Positions 41,763-50,673 of a stretch of 64,000 nt of DNA are shown piece by piece (position 1 is the stretch's first letter; every line of letters starts with the position of its first letter). Where the stretch lies: the NCBI GenBank assembly GCA_030603365.1, contig JAUVXV010000001.1:576001-640000 (forward strand), read 5' to 3'. The notes under the pieces were generated by a model. The model searched no databases. It saw only the letters and a program-made list of their open reading frames with translations, and was not told the DNA's origin. The DNA comes from Candidatus Heimdallarchaeota archaeon. GTDB taxonomy: Archaea > Asgardarchaeota > Heimdallarchaeia > Heimdallarchaeales > Heimdallarchaeaceae. A program made the position numbers and the translations under genes.

Positions 41763-43628
41763 ATGAGTAAACCAGATAAAGCTTTGAATAAAGCAACTGT
41801 GTATATTCTTATAGGGTTGATTTTATTAAGTTCAATATTTGCAATTATGATGTTTGGTCCAGGTTCAGGACCTCAAAACGCTTTATTTTCAACAAGTTTA
41901 AAATATTATACAAAAGGAACCGAAGAATTATATTATGTTGATTACGCACAAGATATCATCCAAGATATTAGGGAAATTGGTGTCGATGTCACTGGTTATC
42001 CTACTGAATATTCAGTATTTCTTGATCAAGTCTTCAGCTCAAAGGAATATGATATGGCTATAATAGAATTTGGGGATCTAAATTCACCACATCTTGAGTT
42101 AATGTTTAAAGAAGGTGCAAGCTATAATATATTCAATTTTGAAAATGCACTTGATGGCAATACAACTCTAAATCTACTTAATAATATAACAATAGAAACT
42201 GATTTCAACGCAAGAAAAACCTTATTCTACCAACTACAAGAGCATTTAATGTTAAATATTGTTCCAATGGTGCCATTATTTACACCAGTGAGAACTTTTG
42301 CTTATTGGGATAATTTGGAGGGATTTTACAGTGAACAAGGATTATCTCACAGCCTTCCATACATGTCTTTCAATGGTTTACATGAAGACCAAGTTACAGT
42401 AGATGAACTCTATGTAGGAGCAGGAAGATGGTTTGATCTGCATCCATTAACGATGCTTGAAGATGCAGAAAAACTAATTGTGTCACTGATGATGGATAAA
42501 CTAGTAGAACAAGATAAGAAAGGAATGGCTACAAAATTAGGTCTAATTGATAACTGGGAATACCTAAATGATACAACTCTACTACTTCATTTACGAAATA
42601 ATGTGAATTGGCAAAACGATGTTGATAATCTTTTTACAACTGAAACTCTAACTACTGCCGATGTTTTATTCACTTTAGATTTGTACAAAAGCCTTTATTC
42701 TAATCTAAACTATGAGTTATACAACTGGATAGAATCTTACGAAGAATATAACAGTACAACCGTAGTAATATATATTGATTCAAATCAATTGACACCTGAA
42801 AGAGAACCATATGGCTTTGCACTTGAGGATTTAGCTATTTATCCATTTCCTGAATACTATCTTAATGTTGAACCAACAATAGAAGATGTAGTTAATTCAG
42901 ATAGATGGACAAAATTCAGAGTTAACCCATTTGGTACAGGTAAATACTGCTTTAATGCGTCAGAAAGTCAAGAAGATCTTGCTGCCATTCTTTACCGTTT
43001 TAATGATTGGCATGGAAATGGTATCCTTCCTGGAGAACCAACTAATTTAGCTTTTAATAGAATTGAAGTTCAGATGTATGAAAGTAGCTATGTTATGAAT
43101 CTTGCTCTTCAAGAAGGAAGAATTGACTGGGCTGATTTCAAGAAAAATCCTGTTATTGAGGATGCAATACCTGAAGAAAATTTCAAGGTAGAATTTAAGA
43201 TAGAAAATTCATTAATATTCCTAGCTTTCAACTTACAGAATTCGATTTTTGGTGGAGCTAATAACTTCGAGCCTACTAACGAAACAGGAGTTTCAAAAGC
43301 TCTAGCAATAAGAAAAGCAATTGCTACAATTATTCAAAAATCCTTAACGAATGAGAGATTACATAATGGGAGATACAACCTTACAGATTCCCCGCTTACA
43401 TACTTCTTCACTGATTACTATTATACTGGAGTGACAGATTATCCCTTTAGTATTGACCAAGCGGTGGAGTACTTGATACTTGCAGGCTATAACATTTCTG
43501 CAAGGGTTGAAGATGCAGAGGAGACCAGTTTCAGTCTTGTCAGTTCAATTGTAGGTTTGAGCTTTGTCTCACCAATCTTAGTACTTATAATCAAAAGAAA
43601 AAAGATTCACTTGAAGATTAATGACTAG
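41763..43628 (+). CDS. Family 5 (Opp/Dpp) ABC substrate-binding protein, apparently circularly permuted
   Basis: LR..V.W...LTTADVLFT, PFGTGKY, LAFN, IRKAIA motifs; the usual C-terminal segment is placed first. Confidence 0.8.
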   Translation: MSKPDKALNKATVYILIGLILLSSIFAIMMFGPGSGPQNALFSTSLKYYTKGTEELYYVDYAQDIIQDIREIGVDVTGYPTEYSVFLDQVFSSKEYDMAIIEFGDLNSPHLELMFKEGASYNIFNFENALDGNTTLNLLNNITIETDFNARKTLFYQLQEHLMLNIVPMVPLFTPVRTFAYWDNLEGFYSEQGLSHSLPYMSFNGLHEDQVTVDELYVGAGRWFDLHPLTMLEDAEKLIVSLMMDKLVEQDKKGMATKLGLIDNWEYLNDTTLLLHLRNNVNWQNDVDNLFTTETLTTADVLFTLDLYKSLYSNLNYELYNWIESYEEYNSTTVVIYIDSNQLTPEREPYGFALEDLAIYPFPEYYLNVEPTIEDVVNSDRWTKFRVNPFGTGKYCFNASESQEDLAAILYRFNDWHGNGILPGEPTNLAFNRIEVQMYESSYVMNLALQEGRIDWADFKKNPVIEDAIPEENFKVEFKIENSLIFLAFNLQNSIFGGANNFEPTNETGVSKALAIRKAIATIIQKSLTNERLHNGRYNLTDSPLTYFFTDYYYTGVTDYPFSIDQAVEYLILAGYNISARVEDAEETSFSLVSSIVGLSFVSPILVLIIKRKKIHLKIND

Positions 43629-44340
43629 AATTAATGAAATAGGATTAGTGGACTTAAAGGGTAAACCACTAATTCAATCTTTTAGTGGAAGTGGAGCTAT
43701 AGGAACCATTCTATCAGCTTTCCTCATAAAAGCTTTCGAGATGGAACAAGTAGCAGTAATTCATGCAGATTCTGCCCCTCCAGTAGCAATGGTCAAGGGA
43801 GGATTAATAGAACATCCAATTAGGCTTTTCCAATCAGAAAAACTTTCATTGATGACTTGTGAAGTATCAATACCATATGCCATCCTTCCAGAATTTCTAG
43901 ATACTTTGATTCAATATTATATCGAGAAGGAAGTATCCTATATTGTACCAGTGGGAGGTTTGCCAGTTTTACCAGATAATTATGATAATGGTTATAGTTA
44001 TGGTGTAGTTAATAATTCGGACATGTTATCATTCCTAGAAGACAAAGGAATTCCACTATTAGAAGAAGGAGTTATCTATGGGTCAGTTGTAGAAGCTCTA
44101 GAATTATGTCATATTCATAATTTCAGTTCTTGTTTTGCACTTCTTGCTGAATGTGATCCAAGTTCCGCAAGCTATTATGCAACAAAGCAAATACTTCAAC
44201 AGCTGTCCAGTATCTTTGATATTGTCTTTGATGAAGATGAATTCAGTAAGGTAACTAATACAATTAAAGCTCGCATCGAAGAAAGTACTCGATACATAAG
44301 AGAAGATATAATGGATAAAACACGAGAGAGTCATCTCTAA
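43621..44340 (+). CDS. PAC2-family proteasome assembly chaperone
   Basis: SFSGSGAIGTI, PPVA...G....PIRLF, VGGL, EC.P. Confidence 0.8.
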   Translation: MTRINEIGLVDLKGKPLIQSFSGSGAIGTILSAFLIKAFEMEQVAVIHADSAPPVAMVKGGLIEHPIRLFQSEKLSLMTCEVSIPYAILPEFLDTLIQYYIEKEVSYIVPVGGLPVLPDNYDNGYSYGVVNNSDMLSFLEDKGIPLLEEGVIYGSVVEALELCHIHNFSSCFALLAECDPSSASYYATKQILQQLSSIFDIVFDEDEFSKVTNTIKARIEESTRYIREDIMDKTRESHL

Positions 44341-44428
44341 GTTCCGACAAAAATCTTTTTTCTTTTAAATTCTCATTTTCGATGAAAAGACGCTTTTTAT
44401 CGCATTTTAAGGCCTCCGTTACAGCATG

Positions 44429-44444
44429 AAAAAAGTTTAAATAG
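44429..44444 (+). promoter_or_regulatory. Archaeal BRE/TATA promoter of the ncRNA
   Basis: aaaaaagTTTAAATA about 25 nt upstream of the GC-richer structured region starting at ~44466. Confidence 0.6.
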
Positions 44445-44465
44445 GTTGGTGGACAAAAATATATA

Positions 44466-44800
44466 GGTCAAGGGTTAGGCTAGATTAGGGCTTAATGGTA
44501 ATCTAAAAGGGAACTGCAAACTGAACAGGAAGCGAAATCCGATGTTTCAGCCCTCCCAAGGGTAATCTCGGGAACTATGGTTGAACCCCTTTTTAGATGG
44601 TTTGAACCCCCATTGGGCTTAGTTAAGACCTCCTAAGCCTGAAATCCCCCAGAACCAGACTCGTGTTTGGTTTAACAGACATCTTCTGTCTGCCAGAATT
44701 TCAGTGGCTTGTGGGCTACTGGAATGGAACCCCCAACCAAACCCTCGAAACATCGAGCTAGAATCTCCTTCCTGTTCAGGCAGAAATCCCTCAGGGGTTT
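44466..44800 (+). ncRNA. Unassigned structured RNA with terminal BHB motif (tRNA-Cys-like anticodon arm interrupted by a ~266-nt intron-like RNA)
   Basis: GC-richer ORF-free island between TATA and oligo-T. Long-range pairs 44508-12/44787-91, 44514-17/44780-83, 44521-32/44768-79, 44540-48/44747-55. Internal hairpins 44616-39, 44653-72, 44676-92, 44702-21. Confidence 0.7.
44755..44797 (+). repeat. Cassette-boundary repeat R1 (3' end of the ncRNA)
   Basis: gagctagaatctccttcctgttcaggcagaaatccctcagggg followed by T-tract. Confidence 0.95.
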
Positions 44801-44928
44801 TTCTTCTTTTATTTTTGTTTATACAAAAAAAAATGATATTTTTCTTCCTTTGAGAGAATTTGGTAAAATCTAACTTGTTTTTATAAAAAGAAAATGAGTT
44901 GGGACAATAAAACTCTTAACTAATTTCT

Positions 44929-46530
44929 TTATTTTTTGTATCTCGTCTTAACAAGCGTAACTGTCCCAAGAAAAGACAATAGAACAATAAACAGACCAAA
45001 ATAAGATTCTTCAGTTTGTTCAGTTGTTGGTTTACTAGTTGCTTGGCAATCATAGTTGTAGATAAATGGATAAGGATCAGTCATGTTATAATTTCCATCT
45101 ATGACGTATTCTCCTTCTCCTTCAAAATCTGTCCAGAAGTTGCCTTGATCAGAATCATAGTCATACCACCTGTTGTTGTAATTACGATCATAAGCTTGAG
45201 AATAACCGTATTCTGTACCAGCTAAATTATTGCAGATAAAATAATTACCATAGACTTTATTCCAATTAGATTCAAAATCAGTTATACATACTCCATATTC
45301 TCTGTTTTCTTGGAAAGTGTTAGCTATAATCTCATTATTACTCGAATCTTCAAGTTTTATTCCATATCTGTTCTCGTTACAAGTATTGTTAAATATGAAA
45401 AAAGAACTTGAAACATACAAATTAATGCCATTAGTATTGTTATTACAAGTGTTATTGATTATCTGATTGTCTTCTCTATCAGGACGATCATGACTAACGA
45501 CATACATCCCATTATTCAAGTTATCATTACACTCATTATCTTGTATTAAACATGAACCGCTACGGCTAAAACGCATCCCATTCTCAATGTTTCTATTACA
45601 ATTATTCTGTTCAATAATTGAGAAATAATTTTCACTTAACCACATTCCATATGTACCATCAGAGCAGTTATTATAACCAATGTATAGATTGTTGCTATTA
45701 GCAGTAGATATTCCTACATAATTAAGTCTGAGGTCATTTCTATACATAGAAACATTGTAAAGTCCGTAAAAATAGAAACCATCATCTGCAAACTGAACAG
45801 TGTTCTCAATGAGAATAGAGTCTGCAATTGCATACAAATTAATTCCATATCGAGAGTTTGTACATAAATTATCATAGAGAGTAAGCTGTTTAGAATATGC
45901 AAAATTCATCCCATCAATGAGATTATACAAACACATGTTTTCAGTAATAGTAAATCGATCTAGAGCCCCCCCCATTATCCCACATTTATTATCATAACAA
46001 AGATTGTTGCTGATTACACTGTCATTGGAAATAAACACACCTATTCCACCCTGATTATAAGCGCATGTATTTTCACTAATGTTTAAATTTGAACAGAAAT
46101 AAGTATAGATCCCCCACACCTCAGTATTAATACAATGATTATTATTAATATCTAATATTTGACCGGTATTATTAACAAGATAGATTCCAACGAATGTAGC
46201 AGTTATAACACAGTTCTGAATTGCAAAATTCTTAGTTGTATCTCTTATTATTATTCCTGCATCTGAGGTAGTATCAATTTCAAGATTTTGTATTAAGAAT
46301 GGATTTGTTTCAGAACCATTCCCTGGAAAGCCATAAGATAGAAAATCATCATCTGAATCTATTAGTATTGGAGAGCTTGCGATTTTAATTGAATAATCTC
46401 GTGTTTCTGATAATTCAAATAAGAGAAGATTCTTTCCCTCGAATAAATTTGTCTCATTACTCTTATGCTCTCCAGAAGTGCTGACTATCATAAATATGAT
46501 GAAAAACAAATAGATGGTTCTAGATCTCAT
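44929..46530 (-). CDS. NosD/PbH1 right-handed beta-helix surface protein
   Basis: FPGNGSETNPFLIQNLEI cap, N.C..N..GI repeats, GNFWTD...DPYP, TM + basic tail. Confidence 0.85.
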   Translation of the reverse strand: MRSRTIYLFFIIFMIVSTSGEHKSNETNLFEGKNLLLFELSETRDYSIKIASSPILIDSDDDFLSYGFPGNGSETNPFLIQNLEIDTTSDAGIIIRDTTKNFAIQNCVITATFVGIYLVNNTGQILDINNNHCINTEVWGIYTYFCSNLNISENTCAYNQGGIGVFISNDSVISNNLCYDNKCGIMGGALDRFTITENMCLYNLIDGMNFAYSKQLTLYDNLCTNSRYGINLYAIADSILIENTVQFADDGFYFYGLYNVSMYRNDLRLNYVGISTANSNNLYIGYNNCSDGTYGMWLSENYFSIIEQNNCNRNIENGMRFSRSGSCLIQDNECNDNLNNGMYVVSHDRPDREDNQIINNTCNNNTNGINLYVSSSFFIFNNTCNENRYGIKLEDSSNNEIIANTFQENREYGVCITDFESNWNKVYGNYFICNNLAGTEYGYSQAYDRNYNNRWYDYDSDQGNFWTDFEGEGEYVIDGNYNMTDPYPFIYNYDCQATSKPTTEQTEESYFGLFIVLLSFLGTVTLVKTRYKK

Positions 46531-46549
46531 TTATTTTACCTTCTAATGA

Positions 46550-47347
46550 TTAATTTTTCTTCTTTCTAAATTTCTTGGTAAGACTAGTAATTGGTATAAC
46601 AAGTATAATAAAAATTGACATGTCTGACTGAATTATGGTTGTTGTAGGAGTTGTTGAGGGAGTTGTTGTAGATGTTGGTGTAGGAGTTGGAGTTGATACA
46701 TCATAAATTTCCGTTCTATTGGTAAATTCAAAATGATAAGTGATATTGGTGTTAGTAACATCGATAAACATTCTATATGTAACTACAGGAACAGGGACTG
46801 AGCTACAATTAGTGAAATCAAACCAAAGGGTGTATTCTCCTAAAGGGAGAGTCTTTTTTCCTTCAGGATAATTTAAAATTAACATTTCAAATGGAAAAGA
46901 TTTCTTATGTACTCCCGGAGTAATAATGAGAGATCCCGCAGGCCATTCATAAATAAAAACTAACTCAAGTTCGATACTTTTATTTTCAAGATTAGTTTCT
47001 AGATGAGGGAATGGAATTGGAGAACAACCATATGTACCAGTGATGTCATGTGAGGTGGGATTTTCATATTCAAGATACACATAGGTTCCAAATATTGTAA
47101 AATTGTATGAATCTTCTTCATGAAAACCTACTGAAGGAGGAAAATCGGCATCCATAATTCTCACAATTAGATATTCCTCTTCTGAAAGAACTGGAGGAAT
47201 TGCTGTACAAAATACCAAACCTAAGAGAAGTGGAATAATAATCCCCAATACCAATTTTTGATTCATTTTTATGTTTATTTTGGTTAGTAGATTTTTAGAA
47301 ATTTTCTTACTTAAAACCTCTTCAACCGTTTTCTTCTTGGGAATCAT
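46550..47347 (-). CDS. Single-domain anchored surface protein, cassette family A
   Basis: Shares RI.D...PP, ENP, TPG, LP.G.YTLW with 47560, 50674 and 51483; Thr/Pro linker; TM + KKFRKKKN. Confidence 0.7.
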   Translation of the reverse strand: MIPKKKTVEEVLSKKISKNLLTKINIKMNQKLVLGIIIPLLLGLVFCTAIPPVLSEEEYLIVRIMDADFPPSVGFHEEDSYNFTIFGTYVYLEYENPTSHDITGTYGCSPIPFPHLETNLENKSIELELVFIYEWPAGSLIITPGVHKKSFPFEMLILNYPEGKKTLPLGEYTLWFDFTNCSSVPVPVVTYRMFIDVTNTNITYHFEFTNRTEIYDVSTPTPTPTSTTTPSTTPTTTIIQSDMSIFIILVIPITSLTKKFRKKKN

Positions 47348-47462
47348 TCTACAAACCTAAATTCTGTGTTATAGACAAACTGTTTGTTGTAATTCAACTT
47401 ACCCACATTATTTATATAAAGTACGATAAGAGTATTTCAATACAATTCATTAGATAAATTTC

Positions 47463-47505
47463 GAGCTAGAATCTCCTTCCTGTTCAGGCAGAAATCCCTC
47501 AGGGA
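47463..47505 (+). repeat. Repeat R2
   Basis: 42/43 match to R1, followed by T-tract. Confidence 0.95.
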
Positions 47506-47559
47506 TTTTTTCTTCTTTTCTAAGAAACTAATATAAATGAAAAATACTTTGTATATTAG

Positions 47560-48228
47560 ATGAAAAGACTGTTCGCAAAAATTCTTTCTTCTTGGTTAGT
47601 TATCTCAGTTTTTGTTGCTTCTGTTCCAGCTTGCTCTCAAGCAGTCGATTCTGGTTATACTATCTATACACGTATAACGAATATTGATCTTCCTCCGAGT
47701 TTAATCTTCTATGGAAGCTATCCTAATCATACTTTCTTTGAGTTTTGGTATACTGCAGAAATAATCAATCCATCAGAGAAAAATCTATACATAATGACGC
47801 CTACAACTTGTCTAACTTTCATCAATGAAAATTTATCTTTCGAGAATGAATCTTACGATGGTTTTGTGTGGGGTGATCCTAAGCTATGTGGTCAATCTAT
47901 TACTAATCACACAATTGAACCTGGGATTTTGGAAGGACAACTGACATTTGAACTCTCTGTGAATGATACATTAAAGACTCTCCCCAATGGGAATTTCACC
48001 GTCTGGATTCAGTTTCATGATTATTTAGAGGAACACGAGTATATTTATTTCAAATCAACTATTGCAGTTAATGACTCGAATATCACAATAACACATGAAG
48101 GTGCAGATGTCATATTTACCTTTCCTTCAGTGTCTGCCCTCCCCAAAGAAATATCTATTTTTCTGACATTTTTAGTTATAGGACTTCCAATAATTTTTCT
48201 TGTAAGAAAACGATCACAAATGGTCTAG
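47560..48228 (+). CDS. Single-domain anchored surface protein, cassette family A
   Basis: Signal peptide; GYTIYTRIT, EIINP, TPTTCL, LCGQ, LPNGNFTVW; TM + RKR. Confidence 0.75.
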   Translation: MKRLFAKILSSWLVISVFVASVPACSQAVDSGYTIYTRITNIDLPPSLIFYGSYPNHTFFEFWYTAEIINPSEKNLYIMTPTTCLTFINENLSFENESYDGFVWGDPKLCGQSITNHTIEPGILEGQLTFELSVNDTLKTLPNGNFTVWIQFHDYLEEHEYIYFKSTIAVNDSNITITHEGADVIFTFPSVSALPKEISIFLTFLVIGLPIIFLVRKRSQMV

Positions 48229-48256
48229 TTCTTTAGTCTAATTGAATTGAGACATC

Positions 48257-48299
48257 GAGCTAGAATCTCCTTCCTGTTTAGGCAGAAATCCTTCAGGGT
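48257..48299 (+). repeat. Repeat R3
   Basis: 40/43 match to R1, extended 5' by acatc. Confidence 0.95.
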
Positions 48300-48363
48300 T
48301 TGTTCTTCCTTTCCTTATGCTTTCAAACAATATTACAGAAAGCTTTTATTTCTTCAAAAATAG

Positions 48364-48975
48364 TTGACCTTGATATCTATGAGCAAAGATAGTATTTCTC
48401 TAAATATGCTTACCTTAGCTAGTGATCCATTAAGAATATCAATCTGGTTTGAAATCCAAAGAAAAGCTGGAATTACTGCAAAAGAAATAATTCAAAAACT
48501 TAAACTTGAAGGTACTAATATCTACTATCATCTTAATAAACTTGAAAGAAGTAGATTGATTGTATCAGAATCTAAACCCGTTCCAAAATCAAATTTGTTA
48601 GAGAAATATTATAGCATAAATGTGGCTTTTTTTGCACCCGAGGAATGGAAAGCAAGATTTGACATAGGTAAATCAACAAAACATTTGAAGGATATGATTC
48701 TATACAATTTGTATTTCAACATGTTTTTGATTAACAAACAGATTATTGACGTTCAAGAACAAACTAATGAACAGATTCAGAAGAATATTGAACAATATGG
48801 TAAATTTGTCTCTAAATTTATTTTTCTGCAAAAGGATGACTTACCAAAAGTGAGCGCGAAAATAGATGAGTTCTTTGAATTTTTAAACCAAATCAAAAGA
48901 GACGCTGATAGGGATCCAATAACCGATATCAGTGATGCAACAGATACAATTCTTATCAACCTCCTCCCACTCTAA
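48364..48975 (+). CDS. ArsR-like winged-helix transcriptional regulator
   Basis: SDPLRISI, TAKEI...L, NIYYHLNKLE...LI, EKYY. Confidence 0.8.
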   Translation: MTLISMSKDSISLNMLTLASDPLRISIWFEIQRKAGITAKEIIQKLKLEGTNIYYHLNKLERSRLIVSESKPVPKSNLLEKYYSINVAFFAPEEWKARFDIGKSTKHLKDMILYNLYFNMFLINKQIIDVQEQTNEQIQKNIEQYGKFVSKFIFLQKDDLPKVSAKIDEFFEFLNQIKRDADRDPITDISDATDTILINLLPL

Positions 48976-49060
48976 TCTCTATTTAAGAAAATACATTCCA
49001 ATATATTTGAGCGCTACAACAAATTTAAATAAGCTTAATTGTTCTTAAATATGTGTTTGT

Positions 49061-49840
49061 GTGGTTTTAAGGATGAATAATTCCAAGAATGATCACAAGA
49101 AGTATCACCAAAGTCTGATGAGGAAACAAAAGAAGTTATACCCAAATCCAGGTGAAGTTCTTTTTGAATCAGAAACCAAAGCCAGAATAGGTAAGAAACC
49201 TTTCCGAAAAACACTCAAAATTTCTTCCAAAAATAAGATACTTTTACAGGTATGTTCTTCTATTTTATTTTTCACTCTTTTTTATGTTTATGTCACCACT
49301 CACCACTCATCCAATGCATTATTATTTTTGATTGCTTTCACCCTGCTCTATGTTTTTACTTCTACAATTCTATTCGGTTCTTTAATCAAATTTCTATCTG
49401 GTGAGCATTACTCTTTTGGAGTAATTTTTTCTGAATTCTTCTTTGTTATAGGTATTATGATTGGAACATTTAGTGCCTTGTACCTACCCATATTGCTCAT
49501 TCTTTTTGCATCTGAAAAAAGTGGTGAGTGGTTAAGATATGCTCTAACTACAGCTCTCGTAGTTGCACCCCTCTCGTATATATTTAGCGTCAGTTATGAA
49601 TTTCTTAGAAAAGAAGGATACAAAATAAGAGAAATTTTCCTGTATTTTCGAATTAAGAAGCTCAGAAGAGAGGAACTAAAGAAAGAAACACAAAAGGTAG
49701 ATATTTTTTATGAAAAGATAGGCAATATATCAGAGAACTATAAAGAAAGAATCAGTAGAACATTAACAAGAGAAGACATCATTGAGCAAAACAAAGACAC
49801 TCGAACTACTAATTCTATAAAAGAAACAAATATACAATAG
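49061..49840 (+). CDS. 4-TM membrane protein, cassette family B (divergent)
   Basis: Same layout as 49842 and 61661: 4 TMs then IF.Y...K.R.EE..K.T..D.FY. Confidence 0.65.
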   Translation: MVLRMNNSKNDHKKYHQSLMRKQKKLYPNPGEVLFESETKARIGKKPFRKTLKISSKNKILLQVCSSILFFTLFYVYVTTHHSSNALLFLIAFTLLYVFTSTILFGSLIKFLSGEHYSFGVIFSEFFFVIGIMIGTFSALYLPILLILFASEKSGEWLRYALTTALVVAPLSYIFSVSYEFLRKEGYKIREIFLYFRIKKLRREELKKETQKVDIFYEKIGNISENYKERISRTLTREDIIEQNKDTRTTNSIKETNIQ

Positions 49841-49841
49841 G

Positions 49842-50591
49842 TTGAAATTAATGCAAGAATCAGTACTTAGCAAGACTAAAAGATTTTTCAGGAAAAATGA
49901 TATCTTCTTCAAAGTCTCTCTTTTTTTATTTCTAGCCGCGGGTACAGCATATGCATTTATTTTTGGAAACGCTCTACTTAAAATTGTAGCATCTCTATCT
50001 CTCGGAACTATGATTGCTTCATTTATCTCAAATTATGTTTTCAATTATCTTTATGGAGACGCATTCAAGCTTACACATGCAATAAATGAGATACTTTACT
50101 TGTTCCTAGGAATTCCAATAATGATCATAGCAATAGGTTACTTGCCGCTCAGTGTTTATATTCTCTTTTTTTCAACTGAAAATAATGAATGGATTGTCCC
50201 AATCTTAATTGGTATAATGGTAACAATGCAAATATCCTCTTTCATTTACATAATAAAAAGAAGGAGTAAAGAGAAAAGGAAAAATATCTTCCAGTTTATC
50301 AAATATATGTTCGACTTTAAAACAAGAGCAGAAGAGCAAAGAAAATTGCAAAAACAAACAGATCAAATAGACCGTTTCTACACAGACATGGAGAAAGTAA
50401 GGGATAGAGTAGATACCACAATGGAACGCAGTACCATAGATTTTGATGAGTTTGATTGGAAGAAAGTAAGAGGGATTAATCGAGAAGATAAAACAGAGGT
50501 AATCTGCTGGAATTGTAAAGAGACTAATAATACTAGTAATCTTGTATGTTCGAGCTGTGGAGTGGCTCTAAAGGAAAAATTATCGAGCTAG
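49842..50591 (+). CDS. 4-TM membrane protein with C-terminal zinc ribbon, family B
   Basis: CWNC..CSSC at C-terminus; stop codon TAG lies inside repeat R4. Confidence 0.75.
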   Translation: MKLMQESVLSKTKRFFRKNDIFFKVSLFLFLAAGTAYAFIFGNALLKIVASLSLGTMIASFISNYVFNYLYGDAFKLTHAINEILYLFLGIPIMIIAIGYLPLSVYILFFSTENNEWIVPILIGIMVTMQISSFIYIIKRRSKEKRKNIFQFIKYMFDFKTRAEEQRKLQKQTDQIDRFYTDMEKVRDRVDTTMERSTIDFDEFDWKKVRGINREDKTEVICWNCKETNNTSNLVCSSCGVALKEKLSS

Positions 50592-50627
50592 AATCTCCTT
50601 CCTGTTCAGGCAGAAATCCCTCAGGGG
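50585..50627 (+). repeat. Repeat R4
   Basis: Identical to the R1 core. Confidence 0.95.
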
Positions 50628-50673
50628 TTTTACTTCTTTCTTTGGAATTAATAAACTATTTAAGGTCAGAATA

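Noticed and set aside
44724-44744. Telomerase-like template (AACCCCCAACCAAACCC)
   Set aside because: Only superficial similarity; no reverse transcriptase or matching tandem DNA repeats in the window
44466-44800. SRP RNA, RNase P RNA, tmRNA or 5S rRNA
   Set aside because: Size fits SRP/RNase P, but I find no helix-8 CAGG..GNRA..AGCA, no GAGGAAAGUCC/ACAGAA P4 motifs and no tmRNA or 5S consensus on either strand; an Rfam scan is still needed
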